Part shown: positions 18,102 to 29,507 of the stretch, piece after piece
Numbering within the stretch: the first letter of the stretch is position 1
Layout of the letters: each line of letters begins with the position of its first letter
Origin: an uncultured Candidatus Rokubacteria bacterium
Lineage (GTDB): Bacteria > Methylomirabilota > Methylomirabilia > Rokubacteriales > CSP1-6
Assembly (NCBI GenBank): GCA_963789955.1
Contig: CAWBMV010000016.1
Coordinates: 50,049 to 114,048, forward strand
Direction: 5' to 3'
Length of the DNA: 64,000 nt
The notes under the pieces: model-generated
Told to the model about the DNA's origin: nothing
Databases searched by the model: none
What the model saw: the letters and a program-made list of their open reading frames with translations, nothing else
Program-made: the position numbers and the translations under genes

Positions 18102-20711
18102 CTAGAACAGCACGGCCAGCGCCGCGATGCCCAGGAGCGCCGCGCCGATGGTCTGCGCGATATCGCGAACCGTCGGCAGGGTGCGGATCTTTTCCTCTTC
18201 CTTCGGTGGCACGATGACGGTGTCGCCGGCCTCGACAGTACGGATGTTCGTGAAGCTGGCGATGGCCGAGCCGTCGGCCTTCACGATGTGGGCTTCCTTC
18301 TTGTCCGCCTCTTTCGAGTAGCCGCCGACACGATTGATGTAGTAGTCGACGCCGGCGCCGTCCTTGTGCTGGACCGAGGTCGACGTGCGCACCGCACCGA
18401 TGACCAGCACCGAGTCGGGCGGCTCCGGCACGCTCAGCGTGTCGCCGTCGACCAGGGTGACGTCGTTCTCCGTACCCTTGAGCTTGTCGGGCTGGTCGAG
18501 GCGCACGACCATGCGGCCCACCACGACCTTCGCTGGCCAGGAGCCGCAGCGCCTCGCGGCGCGCCTGCAGCGCTTGCTGCTGGGCGGCGACTTCTTCCTT
18601 CTCGGCGCCGACGATCACCGTCGAGGCCGACGCGAGCATGCGCTGCTCCTGGGTCTTCATGAAGGCGTCGAGCTGCTCCTGCTCGATCCGCCGGAGCGAG
18701 GCGCGGGTGAACGCCGCACCCTTGAGGAACGCGCGGTCGGTGAAACCGCCGGCGCGCTGGAGCACCGAGGAGAGCTTCTCCCCTGTCGGCGATCGTATAG
18801 ATGCCCGGTCGCAGGACCTGCCCGCCCAGCACGATCGTCCGGGCGGCCTTGAGCTCGGTGCGCACCGTCACCTCGTCGAGCGGCCTCAGCAGCAGATCCT
18901 GGTTCAGGTCGCCGCCCCACGCCTTCTTCAGATCGACGGACAGCACTTCCATCGTCAGATCCGGACGCCGGCGCGCCACCTCGACGCGCTCGGTGTAGGC
19001 CTCGGGCAGGAGCTTGTCGGCCGGCAGGAGCTGGCTGATCCGCATCAACGGCTTGAGCTCGTACGCGCCGGGATACCGCACCGCGCCATCGACCTTCACG
19101 ATGTTGTACACACGCGGGTCGGCCGGGTGAATGAGCACGAGATCACCCGCGTTGACGAGCGGGTTGCTCGCCTCGTCGCCCTTCAGGTAATGCGCCGTCA
19201 GATCGACGTCGAGCGTCGCGCGCTCGGCGTTCGGCAGCGCGCGGACGATCTGGACCCGCTTGAGATAGCTGGTCGGAGTGACGCCGCCCGCGAGGGTGAC
19301 GACGTCGGCCAGACGGGTCCCCGTCTGGACTTCGTAGATCGCCGGCCGCTTGACCTCGCCCGCCACCGCGACCACGTCGCCGACCGTCGGCACGAAGATC
19401 GTATCGCCGGACTCGAGCCGGTAGTCGCGCGCCCGGTCGCCGCGCTGCAGGAAGTCGTAGAGGTCGATGCGCGCGACCTGAACGTTGCTGCGCAGCAGCC
19501 GCACCTCGCGGAGCGAGCCGAGCTTGGTCGGCCCGCCGGCGCTGTAGAGCGCGTTCGTCACGGTGGCGAGCGAGCTCAAGGTGTAGACGCCGGGCTGGCA
19601 GACCTCGCCGACGACGTGAACGCTGACGGTGCGCAGCCGCCCCATGGTCACGCTGGTCTGGAAGCCGCGGAAGAACCGGGAGAGCTCGTCCCGGATCAGA
19701 CGATCGGCCTGGGAGAACGTGAGCCCCCAGATCCGGAGGTCACCAACTTTCGGAAGCACGATCCGCCCGTTGCGATCGACCGTGCGGATCAGGGTGCTAT
19801 CGACCGCTCCCCAGACGTTGATCGTGAGATCGTCGCCGGGACCGAGCACGTAGTCGGGTCCGACCGGAATGTCGTCGACGGGCGCGAACGTCGAGACGTT
19901 CGCGGCGAACATCGCGTAGCCGTACTGCCGCAGCGGCGAGCCGAACGGCCCGAGGTAGGCCTGCGACGGCTGATCTTGATTGCTCGGCCGCTGCGATTGC
20001 GGGAGCTGTTGCAGGAGCGCGGCCTGCTGCGCCTGCTGCGACGATTGCGGCTGCTGCATCGCGAATTGCGCCTGGGTCTGCTGGAAGCTTCCGATCTGCT
20101 GGACGCGCACCGAATCCAGATTGAAGCCGGCCTCGATTCTCGAGAACTCGTCGACGTCGGACGCCGTCGACGGCACGCCCGCGTTGGACGTCCGCGGGTC
20201 GGCGAACTGCTGCGGCTGTTGTTGCTGCGGCGGCTGTTGTTGCGTGAGCGGGCTGACCCGGAGCGCCGAGGGCTCCCGGCGCGCTTTGCGTCACGGTGAC
20301 CTGCGTCACCGTCCCACCCTGGGCGACCTGCGGCCCTTGCTGGTACGGGAGCTGGTCCGCGGGCCGCGAGCGGGGAATCGAGACGGTCTGATACGGGCGG
20401 CCTCCGATACCGGGCTGGCAGATGTTCGGCCCCGCCGGCCCAGCCGGTCGCTGGATCATCTGGGGAGATTGCTGCATCTGGGGAAGCATTTGCGGCTGCT
20501 GCGGCACGCCGACGTAAGGAGCCGTCGTGCTCGGGCCTGGCAGCACACGGCCGTAGGCGCCGTCGCTTTGACCCAGGCTGGGCGTCATCTGGTACCCGTT
20601 GCCGTTGCCCGGGGTTGACGTCTGCGCGAGAGCAGGAGACACCGCGAGGACGAGGTCGGACCCGAGCAGGGCGACCATGGTCATCGTGGCCAGGAGTTTC
20701 CTCGACCGCAT
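18102..20711 (-). CDS. wza: Polysaccharide export protein (Wza/KpsD-like, multiple SLBB domains; frameshifted)
   Basis: Signal peptide, Q/P-rich linker, PDYVLGPGD (Poly_export), repeated GEV..PG.Y SLBB units and a C-terminal GDTVIVPP plus helix. Confidence 0.88.
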
Positions 20712-20715
20712 GTTC

Positions 20716-22188
20716 CTATCCTCTCCCGAGGCGCTCGATTTTACGCGAACGTTCCTCGAACCGAATGATCCGACTTCTGGCGATACTCGACGGACCGATA
20801 TCCAACAGGTGGTAGACGCTCACGATCGTGGACGCATCGCCGGCGCCGACGCTCGTCACCCAGGCCGGCGGCCCGCTGAGGCGCTCATCGACGAGCCGAA
20901 GGAGCTTGCGGCCCGTGCGAAGGGTCCCCGGCGCGACGAACACGACTTCCAGGTCGATCAGGCGTTGGCAGTAGGCCGACCAGGCGTCGGGCCGCGTGCG
21001 CTGGAGCGCGCCGAGCATCGCCTGGACGGCCCGCTCGCGGGCCGCGGCATCGCCCTCGAGCTCGAGGCGGAATTGCACGACGGTGGTGAGATCGCGCTCG
21101 TAGAGCCCGACCTGCCAGTCGTTCGGGAGCCGCGGCACCTCCGCGAGCAGCGGCTCGAAGAAGTCCGGGCGAAGATTGCCCCAGGCGCACGAGACCTGCT
21201 CGTCGAGCCTGCCCCGCAACGGCGAGAGCCGGCGGAACGGGAGCCCGCACGCGCAGGGCTCCGGAACCCAGCGCGCCACGTCGCCCGTGCGGTAGCGGAT
21301 CAGCGGCATCACCCGCCGGCTCACCGTCGTCAGGACGATCTCTCCGTAGCCGTCGGAGTCCGCATCGGCGAGCTCGACGCAGAAGTCGAACTCGTTCACG
21401 TGATAGCCCGCACGCTGCGTGCATTCGAAGCCGAGGATGGTCGCGGCCTCGGTCGACGCGTACGTCATACACACGAGCGCGCCCCAGAAGCTCTCGAGCT
21501 CGGCCCGCGTACGCGGCGTGATCCCCTCGCCGCCGCCGATCAGGACTTTCATCGGCCCGGGCCGTCCGCGCTCGCGCGCGATCTCGGTCAGCCGCGCCAG
21601 CCAGAAAGGATCGCCGACGATGACGTTGAAGCGGTACTCGGCGAGCCGCTCGTAGGCCTCGCGCGGATCGACGCGGCCCACGACCATCGAGAACATCGGC
21701 GTGTAGCGCATGAGGCGTTCGACGAGCAAGGAGCCGAGACCCCAGTCGAGCCCGAGCGTCGAGAGGAGCCGGTCTCCCCGCCCCAGGCCGTAGAGTCCGA
21801 GCATGAGGCCGCCCTGGCGGGCGTTGTACTCGAGCTCACGCCGGCTCAGGTAGACGCGCGTCACGTGGCCCGAGGTGCCGGAGCTCTCGATCGCGAGCTC
21901 GGCCGGCCCCGTCACGAGCGCCTCGGGGCGCGTCTTGAGGATCTCCGGGGTGAGGTAGAAGTCGCCGAGATCCTCGAGCCGGCGGAGGCCCCGCGCCTCG
22001 ATGCGCGCGGCCGCGAAGGCGTCGCGATACCAGGGTGCGCGCGCGGCGATCCGGAACGTCTCGCGCAGCCCCGGCGCGCGCAGCGTTTCCAGCACCGGCA
22101 GCGGCAGCGCGCGCAGGAACGCCAGCGGAAGCCGCGGGTAACGGCGGCCGAGCGCGAAGAGGACCTCGGAGCCGGCTCGGAGGTTCAT
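20716..22188 (-). CDS. Phenylacetate-CoA ligase (PaaK/CapK)-like adenylating enzyme
   Basis: ESSGTSG, YASTE, GEIVLT..MPLIRYRTGD, CACG and GRLD motifs. Confidence 0.85.
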   Translation of the reverse strand: MNLRAGSEVLFALGRRYPRLPLAFLRALPLPVLETLRAPGLRETFRIAARAPWYRDAFAAARIEARGLRRLEDLGDFYLTPEILKTRPEALVTGPAELAIESSGTSGHVTRVYLSRRELEYNARQGGLMLGLYGLGRGDRLLSTLGLDWGLGSLLVERLMRYTPMFSMVVGRVDPREAYERLAEYRFNVIVGDPFWLARLTEIARERGRPGPMKVLIGGGEGITPRTRAELESFWGALVCMTYASTEAATILGFECTQRAGYHVNEFDFCVELADADSDGYGEIVLTTVSRRVMPLIRYRTGDVARWVPEPCACGLPFRRLSPLRGRLDEQVSCAWGNLRPDFFEPLLAEVPRLPNDWQVGLYERDLTTVVQFRLELEGDAAARERAVQAMLGALQRTRPDAWSAYCQRLIDLEVVFVAPGTLRTGRKLLRLVDERLSGPPAWVTSVGAGDASTIVSVYHLLDIGPSSIARSRIIRFEERSRKIERLGRG

Positions 22189-23386
22189 CGCGCGTAGTGA
22201 GCGAAGACCTTGTCGAGGGCGCGCAGGACGTCATCCTGGTCGGCGTCGGTCATCGCGGCGAAGAGGGGCAAGGTCACCAGCCGCGGCTCAACGGCGTCGG
22301 CCGTTGCGCACAGTCCCTTCCCGTAATGGACCCGCTTTCGATAGAACGGGTGATTGTAGACGAGCGGATAGTGAACGGTGGCCCCGATGTTCTCGGCGCG
22401 CAGCGCCTCGACGATCGTGTCGCGTTCCACCACGAGACGCTCGAGGCGAAGCAGGACGACGAAGAGATGCCAGCCGTGCCGCCCGCCCGGCGGGAGCGCC
22501 GGGAGCTCGACGAACGGTGAGCCCCCAGCCGCTCGCGGTAACGCCGGGCGAGGCGATCTCGCTGTGTCCAGAAGCGATCCAGCTTGGCGAGCTGGGACAA
22601 CCCCAGCGCCGACTGGAAATCGGTAAGTCGATAGTTGTCGCCTGGCTCGTGAATCTCGTAGCGCCAGGGGCGCGGGCCGGCGGGCACGCGGATGCCGTGG
22701 TGGCGCGCCGCCCGCATCCGCTCGGCGAGGTCGTCGCGATCGGTCAGCACGGCTCCGCCTTCTCCGGTGGTGACGATCTTCGCGGGATGGAAGGAGACGG
22801 TCGTCAGATCGGCCAGCGCGCCGACGGGTCGATCTCCGGAGGCGCCGCCGAACGAATGCGCTGCGTCCGCGATCACGATCCAGCCGTGCTCGCGCGCGAT
22901 CGCCAGCAATCGGTCGTACTCGCACGGAAGCCCGGCGAAGTCGACGGCCAGCACAGCGCGGGTCCGGGACGTCGCGACCCGCTTGACCGCGCCGGGAGCC
23001 AGATTCAGGGTCGAGCCGTCGATGTCGGCGAAGACCGGCAGCGCGCCGCGATCGACGATCGCGTTCGCGGTCGCCGCGAACGTGAGCGGCGCCGTGATCA
23101 CCTCGTCGCCGGCGCCGAACCCCGCCGCCCGGCACGCGAGGTGAAGTGCCGCCGTGCCGCTCGCGACCGCGACCGCGTGACGCACCCCCGCGCGCTCGGC
23201 CAGGGCCCGCTCGAAGCGGACGACCGCCGGGCCCTGCGTGATCCAGTCCGCGGCGAGGGCGGCGCTGACCGCGGCGATGTCGTCGGCCTCGATCGTCTGG
23301 CGTGCGTACGGCAGCGGTGTGGCCCGAACGCGAGAGCCACCGTGGAGCGCCAGCGTGTCGCTACGGCGTCGAGGGGGATGGCTCAC
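22185..23386 (-). CDS. DegT/DnrJ/EryC1/StrS sugar aminotransferase (PseC/ArnB-like; frameshifted)
   Basis: LPYARQ, SGTAALH, DAAHS, SFHPAKIVTTGEGG and NYRLTD motifs. Confidence 0.9.
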
Positions 23387-23390
23387 GGGC

Positions 23391-24560
23391 TCAGCGCTTT
23401 CCGAACCGGCGACGGGCGTTGTTCTCGAGCATCACGGCGAGCGACACACCGAGCACGAGCATGATCACGCCGGCGATCGCGCCGTTTCGCGTCGCCCGGG
23501 GGCGCGAGTACCGTGCGGCCGGGACCGCCCGGTCGAGCACCTGCACCACCGGGGTGTCTCGCGCCTCGGCGATCCGCGCCTGCTCGAGCTGCTGGGTCAG
23601 CAAGGTCACGAGCACCTCTTGAATCTTCACCTCGCGTGCCAGCTTCACCAGCTCCAGCCCCAGCTCGGGGACGCGCGCGAACGGCACCATGAAGTCGCCC
23701 TTCTGGGCCCGACCGTCGGGGACGCTGCGCTCGCCGAATTGCATCTGCGCGTACTGCCGGTTCATCTCGTCGATGCGCCGGCGCAGCGCGACGATCTCGG
23801 GATTGGCCTCCGTCGCGAAGTTCCGCATGACCTGCAGCTGCACCTCCGCGGCCATGATCTCGCCCTTCAGCCGCGCCGCGGCCTCGATCGCGCCCTTGGT
23901 CTGGTCTTGCAGCACGATCGCGCGGTTCTGCTCCTGAAACCGGCGCAGCGACTGCTCGGCGGAATCCAGGTCGACCCGGGCTCGCGCGAGCTGGCCGGTC
24001 AGGAACATGCGCTGGCGCGAGGCCTCGCCGGTTCCGTAGCGCGCAATCTGCTGATCCAAGAGCTCGATGTAGTAGTTGGCGATCGCGGCAGCGGTCGCCG
24101 GATCTCGATCCTCGACCTTGACCGATATGACGCCCTCCCGCGAGGTGGCGATCGTGGTCAGGTCGCGCAGCTGCTTGACCGCGTCGTCGGGATAGCTGGC
24201 GCGGTAGCGAGCCTGAAGCCCGAAGCGCTCGACGATGGCCTGGGCGATCGTCCGGCTCTTGAGCACGCCGACCAGCAGATCGCGATTCGGCGTGAACGAG
24301 GGCAAGGTGGGCATGGCGACGCCTGGATTCTGCTGGAGCATACCGGACGCCAGCAGACCGCCGAGCACGCCGCCGCTTCCTTCTTTCGGCGTCACGAGGG
24401 TCGCCGTCGATTCGTACCACTTCGGCAGCAGCCTCGAGACACCGTAGGTGCCGACGCTGGCGACGACACACAGGGCGATGACGACCCACCGCTGTCGCCA
24501 GACCATCGACGTCAGATCGCCGAACGTCATCTCGCCGCCACGTTCTGACGAGTCCATCAT
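23391..24560 (-). CDS. wzz: Wzz/GumC-like chain-length determinant (polysaccharide co-polymerase)
   Basis: N- and C-terminal TM helices, central coiled coil, VQVLDRAVP..YSRP motif. Confidence 0.85.
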   Translation of the reverse strand: MMDSSERGGEMTFGDLTSMVWRQRWVVIALCVVASVGTYGVSRLLPKWYESTATLVTPKEGSGGVLGGLLASGMLQQNPGVAMPTLPSFTPNRDLLVGVLKSRTIAQAIVERFGLQARYRASYPDDAVKQLRDLTTIATSREGVISVKVEDRDPATAAAIANYYIELLDQQIARYGTGEASRQRMFLTGQLARARVDLDSAEQSLRRFQEQNRAIVLQDQTKGAIEAAARLKGEIMAAEVQLQVMRNFATEANPEIVALRRRIDEMNRQYAQMQFGERSVPDGRAQKGDFMVPFARVPELGLELVKLAREVKIQEVLVTLLTQQLEQARIAEARDTPVVQVLDRAVPAARYSRPRATRNGAIAGVIMLVLGVSLAVMLENNARRRFGKR

Positions 24561-26428
24561 TCGCTCGCTCTCCAGGGCCGGTACGTCGGCACCAGCTCCG
24601 CCAGCTTGGCGATCACGGCGGTGTCGTCTCCCGCGTCGGCGAGCCGCTCGAGCTCCGCGACCTGGCGCGTGAACGTCTGCCACTCGGGCGCCGTGGACAG
24701 CTGCACCCGCAGGATGCCCTCCGCCGGCGTGAGGTCCGCGGTCTCGTCCTTGCCGATCAGCTCCTCGGACAGTTTTTCGCCGGGGCGCAAGCCCACGAAG
24801 GCGATGTCGATGTCCTCCTCGGGAACGAGCCCGGACAGGCGGATGAGGTTTCGTGCGAGGTCGAGGACCTTGATCTGCTCGCCCATCTCCAGGACGAACG
24901 TGTCGCCGCCCTTCGCGAGCGTGGCCGCCTGCAGGACGAGGTGCACGGCCTCGGGAATCAGCATGAAGTAGCGGCGCATCTCGGGATGCGTCACGGTCAC
25001 TGGGCCGCCAGCTTCGATCTGGGCGAGGAACTGGGGCACGACGCTGCCGTTGCTGGCCAGTACGTTGCCGAAGCGGACGGCCGAGTAGATCCCGGTCCCG
25101 TCGGCGCCCATGCTCTGGACGAGCAGCTCCGCCACTCGCTTGGTGGCGCCCATCACGCTCGACGCGTTCACCGCCTTGTCGGTGGAGATCAGGATGAACC
25201 GCTCGACGCCGAAGCGGAGCGCGGCCTCCATGATCGCGCGCGTGCCGCCGACGTTGTTGCGGACCGCCTCACAGGCGTTGCTCTCCATCAGCGGCACATG
25301 CTTGTGTGCCGCCGCGTGAAAGACGATCTCGGGTCGATGCGCGGCCAGCACGCCGGTCACGCGCGCCGCGTCGGAGACGTCCGCGACGACCGAGTGCGGG
25401 CGGCACCGTGTGTTCCGCCAGCACGGCTCGATCGTCAGCGAGTGCAGCCCGTTCTCGTATCGGTCCAGCAGAACGACGGCCGCCGGTCCGAGCGCCGCGA
25501 CCTGCCGCGCCAGCTCGGCGCCGATCGAGCCCCCGGCGCCGGTGATCATGACGCGCTTGCCCGCGATCAGGTGGCGGACCGGCTGGACGTCGAGCCCCAG
25601 CGGCGCTCGCTCGAGCAGATCCTCGACGGCCAGCGTGCGGATCTGGCTGACCGTCACCCGGCCATCGATCAGGTCGGGAAGGCTCGGCAACGTCTGGATC
25701 GGCACCGTGTAGGGCTCGAGCGCGCGGACGATCTCGCGGATCGCGGAGGGTCGCGCGCGGGGAATCGCCACGACGACGGCATCGGGCTTCTGCCCCGCCA
25801 TGATCTTCGGCAGCGCGGCGCGCGTGCCGAGCACCTTGACGCCGTGGATGCGGCGGCCCACCTTGGCCGGGTCGTCGTCGATGAAGCCCATCGGCTCGTA
25901 GCTGTAGAGCTCGTTTTGCCTCATGTCGCGCACGATCATCTCGCCGGCGTCGCCGGCGCCGTAGACGAGCACGCGCTTTTCCGGCACCAGGCGCGCCAGC
26001 TCCCGGTGCGTCCTTCGCACCAGGCGGATGCCGCCCATGAACGCGATGAGGAGCAGCGAGTCGAGCAGGTAGACGGACGGCGGGTAGACCGCCGCATCGA
26101 ACACCCACCGCAGCACGACGTAATATCCCCACGAGCTGAGCGACACCGCGGCCACGATGTTGAGGAGGTCACCGAGGCTCGTGTATCGCCACATCCCCTC
26201 GAAGAGCCGGAACGGGATGAATACGAGGATGCGGATGGCGACCAGCCACGGCAGCATCTCCAGATAGCGCGGAAAATCCAGGACCGACTGGGACGGCTTG
26301 AGATGCAAGAAGACCGCGAGGAAGTTCGACAGCAGGACCAGCGCCGCGTGCAAGATCACGATACTCGGGCGACGGTAGCGATAGATGAACCGGGCCACCG
26401 CTCCCCGGTGCTCGAGCGGCTCGATCAC
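24557..26428 (-). CDS. CapD/PglF/WbpM-type membrane UDP-GlcNAc 4,6-dehydratase
   Basis: Four TM helices, GAGDAG, TGAGGSIG, HAAAHKHVP, STDKAV, RFGNVLASNGSV and GLRPGEKL motifs. Confidence 0.93.
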   Translation of the reverse strand: MIEPLEHRGAVARFIYRYRRPSIVILHAALVLLSNFLAVFLHLKPSQSVLDFPRYLEMLPWLVAIRILVFIPFRLFEGMWRYTSLGDLLNIVAAVSLSSWGYYVVLRWVFDAAVYPPSVYLLDSLLLIAFMGGIRLVRRTHRELARLVPEKRVLVYGAGDAGEMIVRDMRQNELYSYEPMGFIDDDPAKVGRRIHGVKVLGTRAALPKIMAGQKPDAVVVAIPRARPSAIREIVRALEPYTVPIQTLPSLPDLIDGRVTVSQIRTLAVEDLLERAPLGLDVQPVRHLIAGKRVMITGAGGSIGAELARQVAALGPAAVVLLDRYENGLHSLTIEPCWRNTRCRPHSVVADVSDAARVTGVLAAHRPEIVFHAAAHKHVPLMESNACEAVRNNVGGTRAIMEAALRFGVERFILISTDKAVNASSVMGATKRVAELLVQSMGADGTGIYSAVRFGNVLASNGSVVPQFLAQIEAGGPVTVTHPEMRRYFMLIPEAVHLVLQAATLAKGGDTFVLEMGEQIKVLDLARNLIRLSGLVPEEDIDIAFVGLRPGEKLSEELIGKDETADLTPAEGILRVQLSTAPEWQTFTRQVAELERLADAGDDTAVIAKLAELVPTYRPWRASE

Positions 26429-27534
26429 GCGTCACCGAAGAACCGCCGGATCGCGGCGGTCGTGAATTCGACGTGCTCGGCTGTCGTCTCCGCGCTCATC
26501 GGGAGCGAGAGGACCTCGTCGCACAGACGGCTCGTCTCGGGCAGGCCGGGGTCGGACAGGCCGAGCCCCTTGTGCTCCCACATCGGTTTGGGCCAATGCA
26601 GGAGCGTCTCCACGCCCTCGGCCCGGAGAAACGCGCGGAGCGCGTCGCGCCGGCCGGTGCGGATCACGTAGTTCTGGAAGCTGTCGAAGTGCCGCGTATC
26701 GGGAAAATTCGGCAGCCGCAGGTCCCCCACCCCGTCGAGCGCCCGGCCGTAGAGCGCGGCGATGTGGCGCCGGTGGTCGATCCACGCCGGAAGGTGCCGG
26801 AGCTTCACGTCGAGCACCGCGGCGTTGACGTTGTCGAGCAGCGCGGTATAGCCGTGCAGGTGAAACTCGCCCGTCTCGCGATCCTCGCCGTTGAAGCGTA
26901 GGAGCGTCACCTTGCGGGCGATCTCCGGGTCGTTCGTGGTCACGGCGCCGCCGTCGCCCAGCCCTCCGAGCGCCTTGAGCGGATAGAAGCTGAAGCAGCC
27001 GGCAGCACCGAAGCCGCCGGCCATGCGCCCTTCGAATCGTGCGCCCAGGGCCTGCGCGGCGTCCTCGATGACGGCGAGCCCATGCGTCTGCGCCAGCGCC
27101 ATGATGCGCCGCATGTCGCACATCCGGCCGTTCAGATGGACCGGCATGATCGCGCGCGTTCGGGGCGTGATCGCGCGCTCGAGCAGCGTCACGTCCATGT
27201 TGTGGTCCGATCCGACGTCGATGAGCACCGGAGTGGCACCGGCGTGGACGATCGCGGACACGCTGGCGACGAACGTGTGTGCCACGGTGATGACCTCGTC
27301 GCCCGGACCGATCCCGGCCGCGAGCAAGGAGAAGTGCAGCGCGTGATAGCCGCTGTTCACTCCGACCGCGAACGCGGTTCCCACGAACGCCGCCAGGTGA
27401 CGCTCGAAGCTCGCGAGCTGCTCGCGGAGCACGAGATCGCCCTTCGCCAGGGTCTCGGTGACCGCCGCGTCGACCTCGGTCTTCAGGCGCCGGTAGTGCT
27501 CGCGCGGATCAACGAACGGGACGCGATACGCCAT
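26425..27534 (-). CDS. DegT family sugar aminotransferase
   Basis: EDAAQA, SFYPLKALGGLGDGG and LSLPM motifs. Confidence 0.9.
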   Translation of the reverse strand: MAYRVPFVDPREHYRRLKTEVDAAVTETLAKGDLVLREQLASFERHLAAFVGTAFAVGVNSGYHALHFSLLAAGIGPGDEVITVAHTFVASVSAIVHAGATPVLIDVGSDHNMDVTLLERAITPRTRAIMPVHLNGRMCDMRRIMALAQTHGLAVIEDAAQALGARFEGRMAGGFGAAGCFSFYPLKALGGLGDGGAVTTNDPEIARKVTLLRFNGEDRETGEFHLHGYTALLDNVNAAVLDVKLRHLPAWIDHRRHIAALYGRALDGVGDLRLPNFPDTRHFDSFQNYVIRTGRRDALRAFLRAEGVETLLHWPKPMWEHKGLGLSDPGLPETSRLCDEVLSLPMSAETTAEHVEFTTAAIRRFFGDA

Positions 27535-27535
27535 G

Positions 27536-28532
27536 CTATCTCCTGTAGGAGCACACCTCGCGCGCCGCGGCCTCGATATCGTCGGCTCCCACGTAATACG
27601 CCGACTCGAGGGACGCGCTCATCGGCGCCGGAGCGTCTGGCAGGCAGACTCGCGCGACGGGCGCGACCAGGGTGTCGAAGCAATCGGCCGCGATCGTGGC
27701 GGCGATCTCCGCGGCCACGCCGCAGGTCCGCCAGGCTGCGTCGGCGACGACCAGACGGCGCGTCTTGCGCACGGACTCGACGACGCACGCGCGATCCCAG
27801 GGCTTGATCGACCGCAGGTCGATCACCTCCGCGTCGATCCCGTCCGCCTCGAGCGCGGTGGCCGCACGGGTCGCCTGGGGCGCCATGAACGAGGTCGCGA
27901 CGATCGTGATCTGCCCTCCGGACCGGCGTATGGCCGCGGTGCCGATCTCGACCGCATACTCGACGGTCGGCACGTCGCCGACCTCCTCGTAGAGCCAGCG
28001 ATCGTCGATATAGAGGACCGGGTTTCCGTCGTTCACCGCCGCGACGAGGAGTCCCTTGGCGTCGTGTGGCGTGCTCGGCATGACGACCTTCAGGCCGGGC
28101 ACGTGCGTGAACATCGCCTGCAGCGCCTGCGAATGCTGTGCGGCCTGCTCGCCGCCGCGGTTGATCACGGTCCGGATCACGATCGGCACGCTCGTCCGTC
28201 CGGCGAACATGTACGCCCAGTTCGCGGCCTGATTCACGATCGGGTCGACCGCGAGCAGCATGAAGTCCATCCGCGGGTGAAACACGATCGGGCGCATGCC
28301 GGCGAGGGCGGCACCGACGGCGGCGCCCGTCATCGCATTCTCGGAGACCGGCGAGTCCAGCACGCGATCGCGCCCGAACTCGCTTGTCGATGTCCTGAAG
28401 GCTAGCTCCCGCGTACCACGGGCTCCACAGGCCCTGCCCGATGACGAACACGCGCGGGTCCGAGGCCAACAGCTGCGCGAAGGCCTCGCGGATGGCCTGA
28501 GCGTAGGTCAGCGATCGCATCTCAGGGGGCAT
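27536..28532 (-). CDS. TPP-dependent dehydrogenase E1 beta-like subunit (frameshifted)
   Basis: YAQAIREA, DSPVSEN, AAQHSQ, DAKGLL and EVIDLRSIKP motifs. Confidence 0.88.
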
Positions 28533-29507
28533 GCTTCGCGAGGCCGAACACGTGGGAAGCGACTCCTTTCGGGTCGGGGCGCGGCGACTCGCGAGCAAAC
28601 TGCACCGAGCGCTCGATCTCTGTCGTGACGAGTGTCTTCTCGCGGGCGAGCTCCTCGTCGGGTATGCCGAGCGCGGCCAGCCGCCGGCCGAGCGACGCGA
28701 TCGGGTCCTTGTCCAGCCACGCGTGCAGTTCGTCCTTCCGCTTCACACCGACGTCCTCGTCCCACGAGGGACCGACGTGCCCGCGCCACCGATACGTGTC
28801 GCAAACCAGCAAGGTCGGTCCCTGGCCGGCGCGGGCGCGCGCGACCGCCGCCACGGCGCCGTCGTACACGAGGTCAGCGGCATTGCCGTCGACGCGCCAC
28901 GACGAAACGCCTTGAGCGTGACCGGCGCTGCTCGAGTCGGTCGATCGCTCGCCGCTCGAGCAACCCCATGTGGCTCGCGTAGAAGTTGTTCTCGCACACG
29001 AAGATAACTGGAAGGCGATAGAGCGCCGCCAGGTTGAGGGACTCGTGAAAGTGCCCTTCCTCCATCGCGCCGTCCCCGAAGAAGGAGACGGAGATCCGCG
29101 TGGTCCCGTCGGAGCTTCGACGCCAGCGCCGTCCCCACGGCGAGCGGGATCGTGGCGGCGACGAGTGGCACGGTGCCGAGGATGCCGACCTCCGGGGCGA
29201 TCAGGTGCATGGACCCGCCGCGTCCGCCGGCGCAGCCGGTCTCCCTGCCGTACAGCTCGGCCATCAGCGCCGGAAGCTCGCCGCCCTTCGCGATGTAGTG
29301 CCCGTGAGACCGGTGCCCGCCCCAGACATAGTCCGTGGTCGCGAGCGCCGCGCACACGCCCGCCGCGATCGCCTCCTGACCGATGCACAGGTGGCAGGGA
29401 CAGCGGATCTCGCCAGCTTCCATGAGCTCCGCGGCGCGCTCCTCGAAGAGGCGGATCCGAAGCATCGTCACATAGAGACGACGCAGCACGGCGGCGTCAG
29501 CGGGCAT
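28522..29507 (-). CDS. TPP-dependent dehydrogenase E1 alpha-like subunit (frameshifted)
   Basis: IRLFEE, GQEA, HRSHGH, GRGGSMH, FFGDGA..CENN TPP motif and TYRWRGH. Confidence 0.88.
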
